Shown here in pieces: positions 7,591-16,469 of a DNA stretch of 52,707 bases. Origin of the DNA: Candidatus Staskawiczbacteria bacterium (GTDB lineage Bacteria > Patescibacteriota > Minisyncoccia > Minisyncoccales > Staskawiczbacteraceae); the NCBI GenBank assembly GCA_903885445.1, contig CAISIO010000044.1, positions 1 through 52,707 on the forward strand, in the 5' to 3' direction. The translations under genes and the position numbers were made by a program. Positions within the stretch are counted from its first letter, which is position 1. Every line of letters begins with the position of its first letter. Below the pieces are notes generated by a model. That model saw only the letters and a list, made by a program, of their open reading frames with translations, ran no database searches and was not told the origin of the DNA.

Positions 7591-9375
7591 ATGAAATCCT
7601 CTGAATTACGGCAGAAATATTTGGATTTTTTCAAAAGCAAAGGGCACAAGATAATTCCCAGCGCTTCTTTGATTCCGGAAAACGACCCAACTGTTTTGTT
7701 TACAACCGCCGGAATGCATCCATTGGTGCCGTATTTGTTGGGAGAAAAACATCCCGAAGGCACAAGGCTAACCGACTCGCAAAAGTGCATAAGGACCGGA
7801 GATATTGACGACGTTGGCGACGACATACATAATACATTTTTTGAAATGCTTGGTAATTGGTCGTTGGGAGATTACTGGAAAGAAGATGCCATAAAATGGT
7901 CGTTTGAATTTATAACAGAAGAATTAAAAATTCCATTGGATAGATTTGCAGTTTCTTGTTTTGCCGGAGATGATGACGCGCCGAAGGATGAGGAATCAGC
8001 AAAAATATGGGAAGGCCTGGGAATTAAAAAAGAAAGAATCGCATTTTTACCAAAAGAGGATAATTGGTGGGGACCGGCCGGAGAAACTGGACCATGCGGT
8101 CCGGACACGGAGATGTTTTATTGGAAATTAAATGACACCCCTGCGCCAAAAAATTTTGACGCAAAAAATAAAAATTGGGTTGAAATCTGGAATGATGTTT
8201 TTATGCAGTATGTGAAAGATAAAGATGGAAATTATAATTTGGCGGCTCAAAAAAATGTTGATACCGGAATGGGGCTGGAAAGAACCTTATCTGTGTTAAA
8301 TGGAAAAGAAAACAGTTACGAAACGGATTTATTTTTGCCGATAATCGAAAAAATTAGCGGGCTGGCGAAGGAAAAATATGAAGGTGAGTATGTAAAAGCA
8401 TACAGAATTATTGCAGACCACATAAAAGCTGCGGTGATGCTCATCGGAGACGACAAAGGCATCGTGCCTTCAAACAAAGACCGAGGTTATGTTTTGCGCA
8501 AATTGATAAGAAGAGCCGTGAGATATTCTGATGTTATTAAAATGAAGTATGGAGAGTTGCAGACGGAATTTGTTTTGGATTCTGTTGTTGACGCTGTTAT
8601 TGAAATATATAAAGACGCGTACCCGGCTTTGTATAAAAACAGGGAAATGATAATCAGCGAAATTTATAAAGAAGAAGTCCAGTTTAGAAGTACGTTGCAA
8701 AAAGGTTTGAGAGAATTTGAATTATTAAGAGCTATAGATGTTATCTCCGGAAAAGATGCTTTTAATCTTTATCAGACCTATGGATTTCCGATTGAGGTGA
8801 CTTTGGAGTTAGCAAAAGAAAAGGGCGTGAAAGTAGATGTCGAAGGATTTAATGAAGAATCGAAAAATCATCAGGATTTGTCGCGAACAGCTTCCGCCGG
8901 AGTGTTTAAAGGAGGATTGGCTGACCATTCAGAACAAACTACAAAATTGCATACAGCGGCGCATTTGATGCTGGCGGGGTTGAGAAAAGTTTTGGGAACG
9001 GAGGCTTACCAAAAGGGAAGTAATATAACCGCCGAAAGATTGAGATTTGATTTTTCTCATAAAGAAAAAATGACCGGTGCACAAATAAAAGATGTGGAAA
9101 ATTTTGTAAATGGTATAATAGAAAAAGACTTGCCTGTTTCGTTTGAAGAAATGACTTTGGACAAGGCCAGAGAAATAAATGCGATGGGAGTTTTCGAATC
9201 AAAGTACGGCGAGAAAGTAAAAGTTTACACGGTTGGTTCGGGTGATAATATTGTCAGCAGGGAAATTTGCGGAGGACCTCACGTGGAAAGAACCGGAGTT
9301 TTAGGTAAATTTAAAATACAAAAAGAAGAAAGCTCCTCTTCAGGAGTTCGGAGAATTAAAGCTATTTTAGAATAA
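7591..9375 (+). CDS. alaS: alanine--tRNA ligase, short form (no C-Ala domain)
   Basis: FFKSKGHKIIPSASLIPENDPTVLFTTAGM and FEMLGNWSLGDYWK. Editing-domain motifs HTAAHLM and CGGPHV. 594 aa. Confidence 0.93.
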   Translation: MKSSELRQKYLDFFKSKGHKIIPSASLIPENDPTVLFTTAGMHPLVPYLLGEKHPEGTRLTDSQKCIRTGDIDDVGDDIHNTFFEMLGNWSLGDYWKEDAIKWSFEFITEELKIPLDRFAVSCFAGDDDAPKDEESAKIWEGLGIKKERIAFLPKEDNWWGPAGETGPCGPDTEMFYWKLNDTPAPKNFDAKNKNWVEIWNDVFMQYVKDKDGNYNLAAQKNVDTGMGLERTLSVLNGKENSYETDLFLPIIEKISGLAKEKYEGEYVKAYRIIADHIKAAVMLIGDDKGIVPSNKDRGYVLRKLIRRAVRYSDVIKMKYGELQTEFVLDSVVDAVIEIYKDAYPALYKNREMIISEIYKEEVQFRSTLQKGLREFELLRAIDVISGKDAFNLYQTYGFPIEVTLELAKEKGVKVDVEGFNEESKNHQDLSRTASAGVFKGGLADHSEQTTKLHTAAHLMLAGLRKVLGTEAYQKGSNITAERLRFDFSHKEKMTGAQIKDVENFVNGIIEKDLPVSFEEMTLDKAREINAMGVFESKYGEKVKVYTVGSGDNIVSREICGGPHVERTGVLGKFKIQKEESSSSGVRRIKAILE

Positions 9376-9404
9376 ATATATATCGCTCCGCTAAATTAAA
9401 ATTT

Positions 9405-10697
9405 ATGGCAAGAAAAATATACGACATAAAGCCGCCAAAAACGGTTAAAAAAGCCGAAAAAGAATTAAAAGAGCCGGTAGCTATCAAAAGGATTAAGCGA
9501 ACCGAGCCAGTACACCAAAGCCGTTATAAAAAAGAAAAACGCCCGGTTTGGGTACCGGTTTCAATTTGCGCACTGATTGTTGTTTTTGTTGTCGGCGTAT
9601 ATCTGTTTATTAAATTGCCAAAAGCCGATATAATTATCTGGCCAAAGGTAGAAACGCTTAGTTTTAAGCAGACTATAACGGCAGATAAGTCTGTTGATTC
9701 AGTTGATACTGTAAAATCCATTATCCCAGCAAAATTTTTGCAGGTAACCAAGACAGGTTCGCAGGATTTTCCGGCAACCGGCAATGCTTCAAATGAGGGA
9801 TATGCCTCCGGCACTATAACAATATACAATAAATTTGATCCGGTCTCGCCGTTTACCTTTAAAGCGGGCACTCGCTTTATATCGGATTCGGGAAAGCTTT
9901 TCGTTGCTTCACAAAAAATTGTAATTCCTGCAGCAAAAAAATCCGGCAGTAAAATTACGCCAGGATCAATCTCTGTGAAGATTCAGGCGGTTGAGGGAGG
10001 GGATGTTTATAATATCGCTCCTTCTAATTTTTCAGTGCCCGGGTTAAAGGGGACAGCGTATTACTATAGTATTTACGCGACATCAACCAGCCCGATGACC
10101 GGCGGTTATGCCGGAAAAGTTAAGAAAGTAACAGACGACGATATTCAGGGGGCAAAGGACGTTTTAACCAAAAAAACAACATCTGACGCAACGGCTGCAT
10201 TGAAAAGCCAGGTTTCGTCTGATTATGTTTTGTTAGATAATTCGATTCTATCTACCGCCACTAGCGCCTCAACAAAAACAAAAGTTGGAACAACCGCAGA
10301 TAATTTTAATTATCAAGTAACCGTTTCTGCCAGCGCTTTAGCCTTTGCCAAAGCCGACCTGGACCAGTTTGCGAAAGATTATGTTGTTTCACAAATACCG
10401 GAGGGAAAAACTTTATTGGATAACAGTTCTAAAATAGATTATTCAGCCGGGTTGGTGGATGTTTCCGGCGGCAAAGCAGTTCTTAATTTGGATTTTTCAT
10501 CAGGCGTCTATCAAAACGTTGATAAAAATTCTTTATCTCTATCAATGCTTGGCGAAAATTACAGCCAGATAGAACAAACAATAAACAGCACTTTAGGTGA
10601 TAATGTTTCTAGGAAGCAAATTAAATTTTGGCCTTTCTGGGTGACCTCTGCCCCAAGAAACCAAAAGGCCGTCACAGTTGAACTGAAATTCCAATAA
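9405..10697 (+). CDS. hypothetical single-pass membrane protein with large extracytoplasmic domain
   Basis: 430-aa ORF. Basic N-terminus, then TM helix VWVPVSICALIVVFVVGVYLFI, then a Ser/Thr-rich domain. Possibly baseplate-J-like, from memory only. Confidence 0.6.
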   Translation: MARKIYDIKPPKTVKKAEKELKEPVAIKRIKRTEPVHQSRYKKEKRPVWVPVSICALIVVFVVGVYLFIKLPKADIIIWPKVETLSFKQTITADKSVDSVDTVKSIIPAKFLQVTKTGSQDFPATGNASNEGYASGTITIYNKFDPVSPFTFKAGTRFISDSGKLFVASQKIVIPAAKKSGSKITPGSISVKIQAVEGGDVYNIAPSNFSVPGLKGTAYYYSIYATSTSPMTGGYAGKVKKVTDDDIQGAKDVLTKKTTSDATAALKSQVSSDYVLLDNSILSTATSASTKTKVGTTADNFNYQVTVSASALAFAKADLDQFAKDYVVSQIPEGKTLLDNSSKIDYSAGLVDVSGGKAVLNLDFSSGVYQNVDKNSLSLSMLGENYSQIEQTINSTLGDNVSRKQIKFWPFWVTSAPRNQKAVTVELKFQ

Positions 10698-10744
10698 AGA
10701 CTTGACCTTTAAAGGATAGTTTGCTAATATATCATTATATACAA

Positions 10745-10978
10745 ATGCCCACAAACGAAGGGAAAAAAGAACAAGTTATAAAGAAAGACGGAAGGGTTAT
10801 AGAGGCTTTACCAAACGCTTTTTTTAAGGTAGTATTAAGCGACGGCAAAGAGATTATGGGATTCCTGTCAGGGAAGATGAGGATGAATAGGATAACTATT
10901 TTACCGGGAGATAAAGTTTCAATTGAGATGAGCCCGTACGACGAAGGTAAGGGAAGAATAGTTTACAGATTAAAATAG
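10745..10978 (+). CDS. infA: translation initiation factor IF-1
   Basis: [44 protein letters not shown]...GRIVYRLK. The ATG at 10745 is preferred over the TTG at 10721. Promoter TTGACC-17-TAATAT lies upstream. Confidence 0.92.
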   Translation: MPTNEGKKEQVIKKDGRVIEALPNAFFKVVLSDGKEIMGFLSGKMRMNRITILPGDKVSIEMSPYDEGKGRIVYRLK

Positions 10979-11040
10979 AATTTTATAAGCGAAAACTAAA
11001 AAAGTTTTTTTAGTTTATTTTTTTAATTTTTTCAATATCA

Positions 11041-11157
11041 ATGAAAGTCAAACCATCAATCAGAAAAATATGCGGTGATTGTAAATTCGTCAGGAGAGAG
11101 GGAAGACTTTATGTTATTTGCAAAAAAAATCCTAAACATAAGCAGAGACAAGGTTAA
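11041..11157 (+). CDS. rpmJ: 50S ribosomal protein L36
   Basis: Hand translation gives [38 protein letters not shown]. Too short for the ORF track. Sits between infA and rpsM. Confidence 0.9.
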   Translation: MKVKPSIRKICGDCKFVRREGRLYVICKKNPKHKQRQG

Positions 11158-11171
11158 TTATAAATAAAAAC

Positions 11172-11561
11172 ATGCCAAGAATTGCAGGGGTAAACATACC
11201 CGAAAACAAAAGAATAGAAATTTCATTAACTTATATCTACGGAGTTGGAAGGTCTTTGAGCAAGAAAATTTTGGACCAGTTGCAAATAGATATAAACAAG
11301 AAAGCATCTGACTTAACCCCAAAAGAAGTTAACGATTTAAAAGACTTTATAGAAAAGACCTACAAGATTGAAGGAGATTTGAGAAGGCAGATTATGATAA
11401 ACATTAAAAGGTTGAAGGATGTGGGAGCATGGCGCGGATTGAGGCATATAAAAGGATTGCCGGTAAGAGGACAAAGGACAAAGACAAATAATCGGACAGT
11501 AAGAGGAAACGTTAGAAAAACAATCGGCTCTGGAAGAAAACCGGCCGCAACACCAACGTAA
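11172..11561 (+). CDS. rpsM: 30S ribosomal protein S13
   Basis: MPRIAGVNIPENKRIEISLTYIYGVG. Confidence 0.95.
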   Translation: MPRIAGVNIPENKRIEISLTYIYGVGRSLSKKILDQLQIDINKKASDLTPKEVNDLKDFIEKTYKIEGDLRRQIMINIKRLKDVGAWRGLRHIKGLPVRGQRTKTNNRTVRGNVRKTIGSGRKPAATPT

Positions 11562-11570
11562 AATAAAACT

Positions 11571-12044
11571 ATGGGAAAGAAACATATAATAGAAACAAAT
11601 CAAGAGGAACTAATAAAGGAGCAGGAAAAAGTTGACAAGAAAGTCAATAAAGAGGCCGCTCCAGCGGGGACTCCTGCAAAGTTGAACGTAGCCGGAGTGC
11701 AGTCAGGAAAGATTTTTATTTCTTCTTCTTATAACAATACAATTTTAACTCTTACTAATTCCAAGGGACAAGTTTTAGCCTGGAAGTCAGCAGGTTCAGT
11801 TGGATTTAAGGGAACTAAGAAGTCAACATCATTTGCCGCATCAAGAGTTGCTGAAACAATCGCAAACATCTGCAAAAAAATTGGTGTTGTAGATAAGATA
11901 GAAGTCTTGGTAAGGGGAATTGGAGCCGGAAGGGAGTCAGCAGTAAGGACACTTATAACACAAGGATTGAATGTGGTTTCAATAAAAGACGTAACGCCGA
12001 TTCCGCACAACGGATGCAGGCCTAAGAAAGTCAGGAGAGTTTAA
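11571..12044 (+). CDS. rpsK: 30S ribosomal protein S11 (about 30-aa N-terminal extension)
   Basis: GKIFISSSYNNTILTLTNSKGQVLAWKSAGSVGFKGTKKST.FAA. Confidence 0.95.
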   Translation: MGKKHIIETNQEELIKEQEKVDKKVNKEAAPAGTPAKLNVAGVQSGKIFISSSYNNTILTLTNSKGQVLAWKSAGSVGFKGTKKSTSFAASRVAETIANICKKIGVVDKIEVLVRGIGAGRESAVRTLITQGLNVVSIKDVTPIPHNGCRPKKVRRV

Positions 12045-12062
12045 TTTTTATTATCATAGAAC

Positions 12063-12692
12063 ATGCAATACGATCAATGTAAAACTTGCAGACGGTTGGG
12101 GCAAAAACTCTTTTTAAAGGGCGACCGTTGTTTTTCAGCGAAATGCGCCGTGTTAAGAAGGGCGTATGCTCCTGGCTTGCAAAAGAAAAGAAGAGGCGGA
12201 ACTCCGTCGGAATATAAAAAGTCATTGGATGAAAAGCAGACCCTGAAGAAATGGTACGGGATTTCCGAGAGGCAGTTTAAAAGATATGTGAAAGAAACTC
12301 TTGAAAAAATGGGCAAGGTTGACGACGTGTCAGCCGAGCTTATCCGGAGATTGGAAAAAAGATTGGACAATGTTGTTTTTAGATTGGGATTTGCAAAATC
12401 CAGAATACAGGCCCGCCAGATTGTTTCCCACGGGTATCTTCTAATAAACGGAAAGCCGGTTAATATCCCGTCTTATGAAGTTAAAAAAGACGACGTGGTC
12501 GCCATAAAAGAGAATAAGAAAGCAAAGGGCGTATTTAAGGAATTAGCAAGCGAGTTAAAGAGAAAAGAAATACCGGCATGGCTGTCGCTTAACAAAGAAA
12601 AATTAGAATCGAAGACAATCGGCGAGCCGAATTTGGACGAAGTAAAACCGCCGGCAGAAATTTCATTGATATTTGAGTATTATTCAAGATAA
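12063..12692 (+). CDS. rpsD: 30S ribosomal protein S4
   Basis: CKTCRRLGQKLFLKGDRCFSAKC and the S4 domain RLDNVVFRLGFAKSRIQARQIVSHGYLLINGK. Confidence 0.95.
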   Translation: MQYDQCKTCRRLGQKLFLKGDRCFSAKCAVLRRAYAPGLQKKRRGGTPSEYKKSLDEKQTLKKWYGISERQFKRYVKETLEKMGKVDDVSAELIRRLEKRLDNVVFRLGFAKSRIQARQIVSHGYLLINGKPVNIPSYEVKKDDVVAIKENKKAKGVFKELASELKRKEIPAWLSLNKEKLESKTIGEPNLDEVKPPAEISLIFEYYSR

Positions 12693-12777
12693 AAATATAA
12701 GTTAATTTTAGGTTTTAATCGACAGGGTGATTGCCACAAAATGCGGCAGATATCTGCTGGTTAAAAACTAACAAGAA

Positions 12778-13728
12778 ATGATACCTCTCCCATTACCGCC
12801 AAAAATAATTCAAAAGAAGAAAAACCAATCGGTTTTTGAGGTTGAAGGATTGTATCCGGGATACGGCGTTACAGTTGGAAACGCTCTGAGGAGAGTTTTG
12901 TTGTCTTCTTTGCAAGGAGCGGCAATTACAGAAGTTAAGATAAAAGGAGCTCCGCACGAGTTTTCCACAATGCCGGGTGTTTTAGAAGACACCATAATGA
13001 TACTTTTGAATATAAAGAATTTAAGATTTAAAATTTTTGAAGGCGAATCGCAAAAAGTGCAATTGAGCGTTAAAGGAGATAATGACGTGACGGGAAAGGA
13101 TTTTAAATGTCCGTCGCAAATTAAACTTGTAAATCCAGAATTGCATATTGCCACAATTACAGACAAAAAAACAGAGTTAGAAATTGAAATAACAGTTGAA
13201 AAAGGAATTGGGTATGTGCCGAAAGACCAATTTAAACGCCCGGCAGGTTCGCCAAAGCCGGAAATTGGAGCAATCGCGGTTGACGCAATATTTACTCCGA
13301 TAAGAAATGTTAATTTTCAGGTTGAAAATATGCGAGTCGGAGACAGGACAGATTTTGATAAATTAAGTTTGGAAATTGAAACCGACGGCACAATTACTCC
13401 GGAAGAAGCTTTCTATGAAGCTTGCGACATTTTGATGAAGCATTTCAATGTTATTTTTCAGGGCAAAGTCGGCGAGGAGAAAGTGGAAGCGGTAGCTGAA
13501 AAAGTAGCAGAAGGGGAGACTGATGTTGCCAAGTTATTAGTTGAAGATTTGAAATTGACCGGCAGGACGCTCAACGCGCTTGTAAATAACGGAATAAAAA
13601 CTGTCGGCGGAATTACAAAGAAGTCAGAAAAGAGCTTGTCTGAATTGGAAGGGATGGGAGACAAGGCGCTTTCAGAAATAAAAAGAAAATTAAAGAAATT
13701 AGGATTAGAATTAAAAGGCGGAGAATAA
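12778..13728 (+). CDS. rpoA: DNA-directed RNA polymerase subunit alpha
   Basis: GYGVTVGNALRRVLLSSLQGAAIT plus a C-terminal helix-hairpin-helix domain; operon order. Confidence 0.95.
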   Translation: MIPLPLPPKIIQKKKNQSVFEVEGLYPGYGVTVGNALRRVLLSSLQGAAITEVKIKGAPHEFSTMPGVLEDTIMILLNIKNLRFKIFEGESQKVQLSVKGDNDVTGKDFKCPSQIKLVNPELHIATITDKKTELEIEITVEKGIGYVPKDQFKRPAGSPKPEIGAIAVDAIFTPIRNVNFQVENMRVGDRTDFDKLSLEIETDGTITPEEAFYEACDILMKHFNVIFQGKVGEEKVEAVAEKVAEGETDVAKLLVEDLKLTGRTLNALVNNGIKTVGGITKKSEKSLSELEGMGDKALSEIKRKLKKLGLELKGGE

Positions 13729-13729
13729 A

Positions 13730-14080
13730 ATGCGAAAGCTAAACAAAGGCAGAAAATTATCAAGGAGAATCGGGCCAAGGAACGCGCTGTTAAGGGTGCT
13801 GGTCAATAATTTTTTCTTGCACGAAAAAATAAAAACCACTGAGGCAAAAGCAAAAGAATTAAGGTCTATTGCCGAGAAAATGATTACAAAAGCCAAGAAT
13901 GTTGATTTGGCAAACCGCAGAATATTGGCAAGAGACTTAACTCCTAAAATGACAAAAAAAGTTATTGAGGAGATTGCCCCGAAATATTCAGATAGAATGG
14001 GCGGATACACGAGGATTATAAAATTGGGGCCGCGCCACACAGACGGAGCGCATATGGCTATAATTGAGCTTGTTAAATAA
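13730..14080 (+). CDS. rplQ: 50S ribosomal protein L17
   Basis: KLSRRIGPRNALLRVLVNNFFLHEKIKTTEAKAKELR. Confidence 0.95.
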   Translation: MRKLNKGRKLSRRIGPRNALLRVLVNNFFLHEKIKTTEAKAKELRSIAEKMITKAKNVDLANRRILARDLTPKMTKKVIEEIAPKYSDRMGGYTRIIKLGPRHTDGAHMAIIELVK

Positions 14081-14086
14081 AATAGC

Positions 14087-14461
14087 ATGAAAAAAGCAGT
14101 AGAAAAAATACAAAGGAAAATTATCACATTGGATGCGGAAAACAAACCCTTGGGCAGATTGGCTGTCGAGGTTGCTGTTTCGCTTCGCGGGAAAAACAAG
14201 CCCAGCTATGTTCCATATAAAGATATGGGAGACACTGTTATAGTGAAAAATATTGAAAAAATGATTTTTACCGGAAATAAACTGGAAAACAAAAATTATT
14301 TTCATTTCACAGGATACATAGGAAATTTGAAAAAAACAACCTTAAAAGAATTTTTAATTAAGAAGGGCCCTAAAGAAGTTTTAAGAACCGCAGTGATGGG
14401 GATGCTTTGCAAAAATAAATTACGAGCAAAACAAATTAAAAGGTTAAGATTTGAAAAGTAA
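14087..14461 (+). CDS. rplM: 50S ribosomal protein L13
   Basis: LGRLAVEVAVSLRGKNKPSYVPYKDMGDTVIVKN; precedes rpsI. Confidence 0.93.
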   Translation: MKKAVEKIQRKIITLDAENKPLGRLAVEVAVSLRGKNKPSYVPYKDMGDTVIVKNIEKMIFTGNKLENKNYFHFTGYIGNLKKTTLKEFLIKKGPKEVLRTAVMGMLCKNKLRAKQIKRLRFEK

Positions 14462-14462
14462 C

Positions 14463-15050
14463 ATGCCAGAGAAAAAAACAACAACCAAAAAAACAGTGAA
14501 AAAGCCGGAAGAAAAGCCAGCTATTGTTGAAGTTGCAGAAATAAAAGTAGAGATAAAGGCCCCGGTTTATGTTGCTCCACAGGATCCTCTGGAAAAAATT
14601 GAGGACGATAATATTTCAGAGGAAATTGCAAAGGCTATAAAAGAAACAGCCGGCAAGCCCGACAGGTATTTTGAAGCAATCGGAAGAAGGAAAACCGCTG
14701 TTGCAAGGGTAAGGCTTTACACGAAAGGCGACAAGGAATTTATTGTAAACGACCAGCCATACATAAAATATTTCCAGACAACAGAAGACCAGGAGTCCGC
14801 CGTTTGTTCAATGTAAAAAATGAAATGTTTAGATACGTTCAGGGTAACGGTTGTTGTGAAAGGCGGAGGACACAGGGCGCAAGCAGAGGCAATAAGGCAC
14901 GGAACAGCCAGGGTGTTGGTAGATTTCAATGCAAACTTTAGAAAGAGATTGAGAAAAGCAGGTTTCCTAACAAGAGACCCAAGGATGAGAGAAAGAAAGA
15001 AATTCGGACTAAAGAGAGCAAGGAAATCCCCGCAGTGGGCAAAGAGGTAA
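14463..15050 (+). CDS. rpsI: 30S ribosomal protein S9, interrupted by an in-frame TAA at 14814-14816 (two ORFs, same frame)
   Basis: N-part has [19 protein letters not shown]-part has [23 protein letters not shown]...[30 protein letters not shown]. Both ORFs are in one frame, reading ...CSM*KMKC.... YF-to-GGG spacing equals E. coli S9 if the stop counts as one residue. About 60-aa Lys/Glu-rich N-terminal extension. Confidence 0.85.
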
Positions 15051-15063
15051 AGAAATTAAAAAA

Positions 15064-15084
15064 GCCGGCGCAAGCCGGTTTTTT
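15064..15084 (+). terminator. intrinsic terminator after rpsI
   Basis: CCGGC-GCAA-GCCGG followed by TTTTTT. Confidence 0.7.
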
Positions 15085-15085
15085 G

Positions 15086-15113
15086 TTGACTTTTGAATTT
15101 GTTGGAGTAGATT
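15086..15113 (+). promoter_or_regulatory. sigma70-like promoter of GC-rich cassette B
   Basis: TTGACT 15086-15091, 16-nt spacer, TAGATT 15108-15113. Confidence 0.45.
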
Positions 15114-15162
15114 TAAATAAGAACCAAGCCAACCTGGTCTTGTCATTTTGAGGAGACAAACC

Positions 15163-15528
15163 ATGCCAGACAAGTATAGGAGCCGGTTTCGTCCTTTGGG
15201 GCTCTCGGGCACTCCGAGATGTCCGTATTGTGGCCAGCCGATGGTACCGTCAGATGACCATGGCAATTACGCCTGCTTTTGCCAAGGACTGAAGTACTTT
15301 GGCTCTGATAGCGTAGAGTTGAGAACGCCCCGGATTCGGCAGGTGGATACGGCGGGGATGACCAACGCGCAGAAGGCGAAAGTTGACCCGATACATCGGC
15401 TCCATTCTGCGCCAACTGCGGCGGAGCAGAAGCTCCTTGATCTTATGTTGAAGGGGCCTGGAGCTATGGATGACCCGGAGTACACCAAGGCACTTGAGGA
15501 TGTGGCGAAAGAGCGTGGTGGAGGCTGA
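15163..15528 (+). CDS. hypothetical small protein with putative zinc ribbon (cassette B, ORF1)
   Basis: GAGGAG 15150-15155 lies 7 nt before the ATG at 15163 (the ORF-track start 15148 is a TTG). CPYC-x14-CFC motif. 121 aa with G/C-rich codons. Confidence 0.55.
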   Translation: MPDKYRSRFRPLGLSGTPRCPYCGQPMVPSDDHGNYACFCQGLKYFGSDSVELRTPRIRQVDTAGMTNAQKAKVDPIHRLHSAPTAAEQKLLDLMLKGPGAMDDPEYTKALEDVAKERGGG

Positions 15529-15755
15529 TGGATTGGTCCCTTACCAATTTGGAGGAAACTATGCCAGATAACAAGCATTCTGGGTCGACACTTGCGTTGA
15601 CTTTGATCTCGCCTTCGTTGAACGACGAGCCACGCGAAGGGCAAAGGGTTAAACCTCTTGGCCAGAAGACTACAGCCAAGGGCTGGGTCAAAGGACTTTG
15701 TCGCCCTGCATCAAGGGCCAGCCGGCTCAAGAAGCTTGGTGGCGGACCCGTTTAA
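15528..15755 (+). CDS. hypothetical small basic protein (cassette B, ORF2)
   Basis: ATG overlaps the ORF1 stop (TGATG). Alternative start at 15561 sits behind GGAGG 15551-15555. Lys/Arg-rich C-terminus. A weak hairpin plus T7 follows at about 15757-15779. Confidence 0.45.
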   Translation: MDWSLTNLEETMPDNKHSGSTLALTLISPSLNDEPREGQRVKPLGQKTTAKGWVKGLCRPASRASRLKKLGGGPV

Positions 15756-15815
15756 CCACAGCGGGCTGTTTTTTTGCGGATTTGCACAAAATTTTTAAAG
15801 TGATAAAATGTTAGT

Positions 15816-16469
15816 ATGTTAAAAGAGTTGATTGACCAGTTTTATTTAGAGAACCAAAAAAATAAAGAGCAGACAAGATTTTATATAACAGACGCAGGGA
15901 AATGCCCGAGGGCTGTTTTTTTTAAGTTTAAAAATGCTCCGCGCGAGCCGATAGACGCAAGGATTATGCGCATATTTGAGCACGGAGAAAATATACACAG
16001 AAGTATTTTTAATATTTTGTACAGGTTGCGATTGGGAGTGGTCACGGAAATTCCTATTCCATCGCAGGAAATAATTTCCGGAAGGGCGGACGCAATTTTG
16101 TGTATTGGGAATGAAAATTATGTGCTTGATATAAAAAGCATGAACAGTATGATTTTCCGGAAACTTTTAGCTCCCAAAGAAGAAAATGTTTACCAAATAC
16201 AATTATATTTGCACTATTTTAATATCAAAAAAGGCATACTGCTTTACATTGATAAAGACCAGCAGGAAATGAAAGAGTTTTTTGTTGACTACGACGAAGC
16301 GCTTTGCAAATCGCTTTTGGATAAATTCTACGCGCTAAAAGACCAGGTTGAAAAAAATGTCTTGCCTTTACGCTTAGAAGATTACCCGCGCAATTGGCAG
16401 TGCAATTATTGCGCCTTTAAAAAAGTTTGTAAAACGGAACTATGGGAGAATTCTCTCGGACGAGAGTAA
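15816..16469 (+). CDS. Cas4/RecB-like PD-(D/E)xK nuclease with four-Cys cluster, stand-alone
   Basis: GRADAIL...VLDIKS (D...D-x-K) and QIQLYLHY (QxxxY). Cys30 (GKCPR) plus C-terminal CNYC-x5-C is the Cas4/AddB-type Fe-S arrangement. Confidence 0.7.
   Translation: MLKELIDQFYLENQKNKEQTRFYITDAGKCPRAVFFKFKNAPREPIDARIMRIFEHGENIHRSIFNILYRLRLGVVTEIPIPSQEIISGRADAILCIGNENYVLDIKSMNSMIFRKLLAPKEENVYQIQLYLHYFNIKKGILLYIDKDQQEMKEFFVDYDEALCKSLLDKFYALKDQVEKNVLPLRLEDYPRNWQCNYCAFKKVCKTELWENSLGRE

Noticed and set aside
12720-12765. Hairpin CGGCAGAT/ATCTGCTG upstream of rpoA as a regulatory element
   Set aside because: It is a single short imperfect hairpin with no T-tract and no motif I can tie to a known alpha-operon regulator. 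Evidence is too weak to call.
14814-14816. Genome-wide reassignment of TAA to a sense codon as the explanation for the rpsI interruption
   Set aside because: Many well-aligned genes here, such as rpsN and rplM, end at TAA at the expected C-terminus. TAA therefore functions as a stop in this genome.
15009-15730. Minus-strand ORFs 15009-15266, 15143-15415, 15267-15644 and 15464-15730 overlapping cassette B
   Set aside because: Same reason: stop-poor GC-rich sequence. They lack start signals, overlap each other, and the + strand has the promoter/SD/terminator logic.
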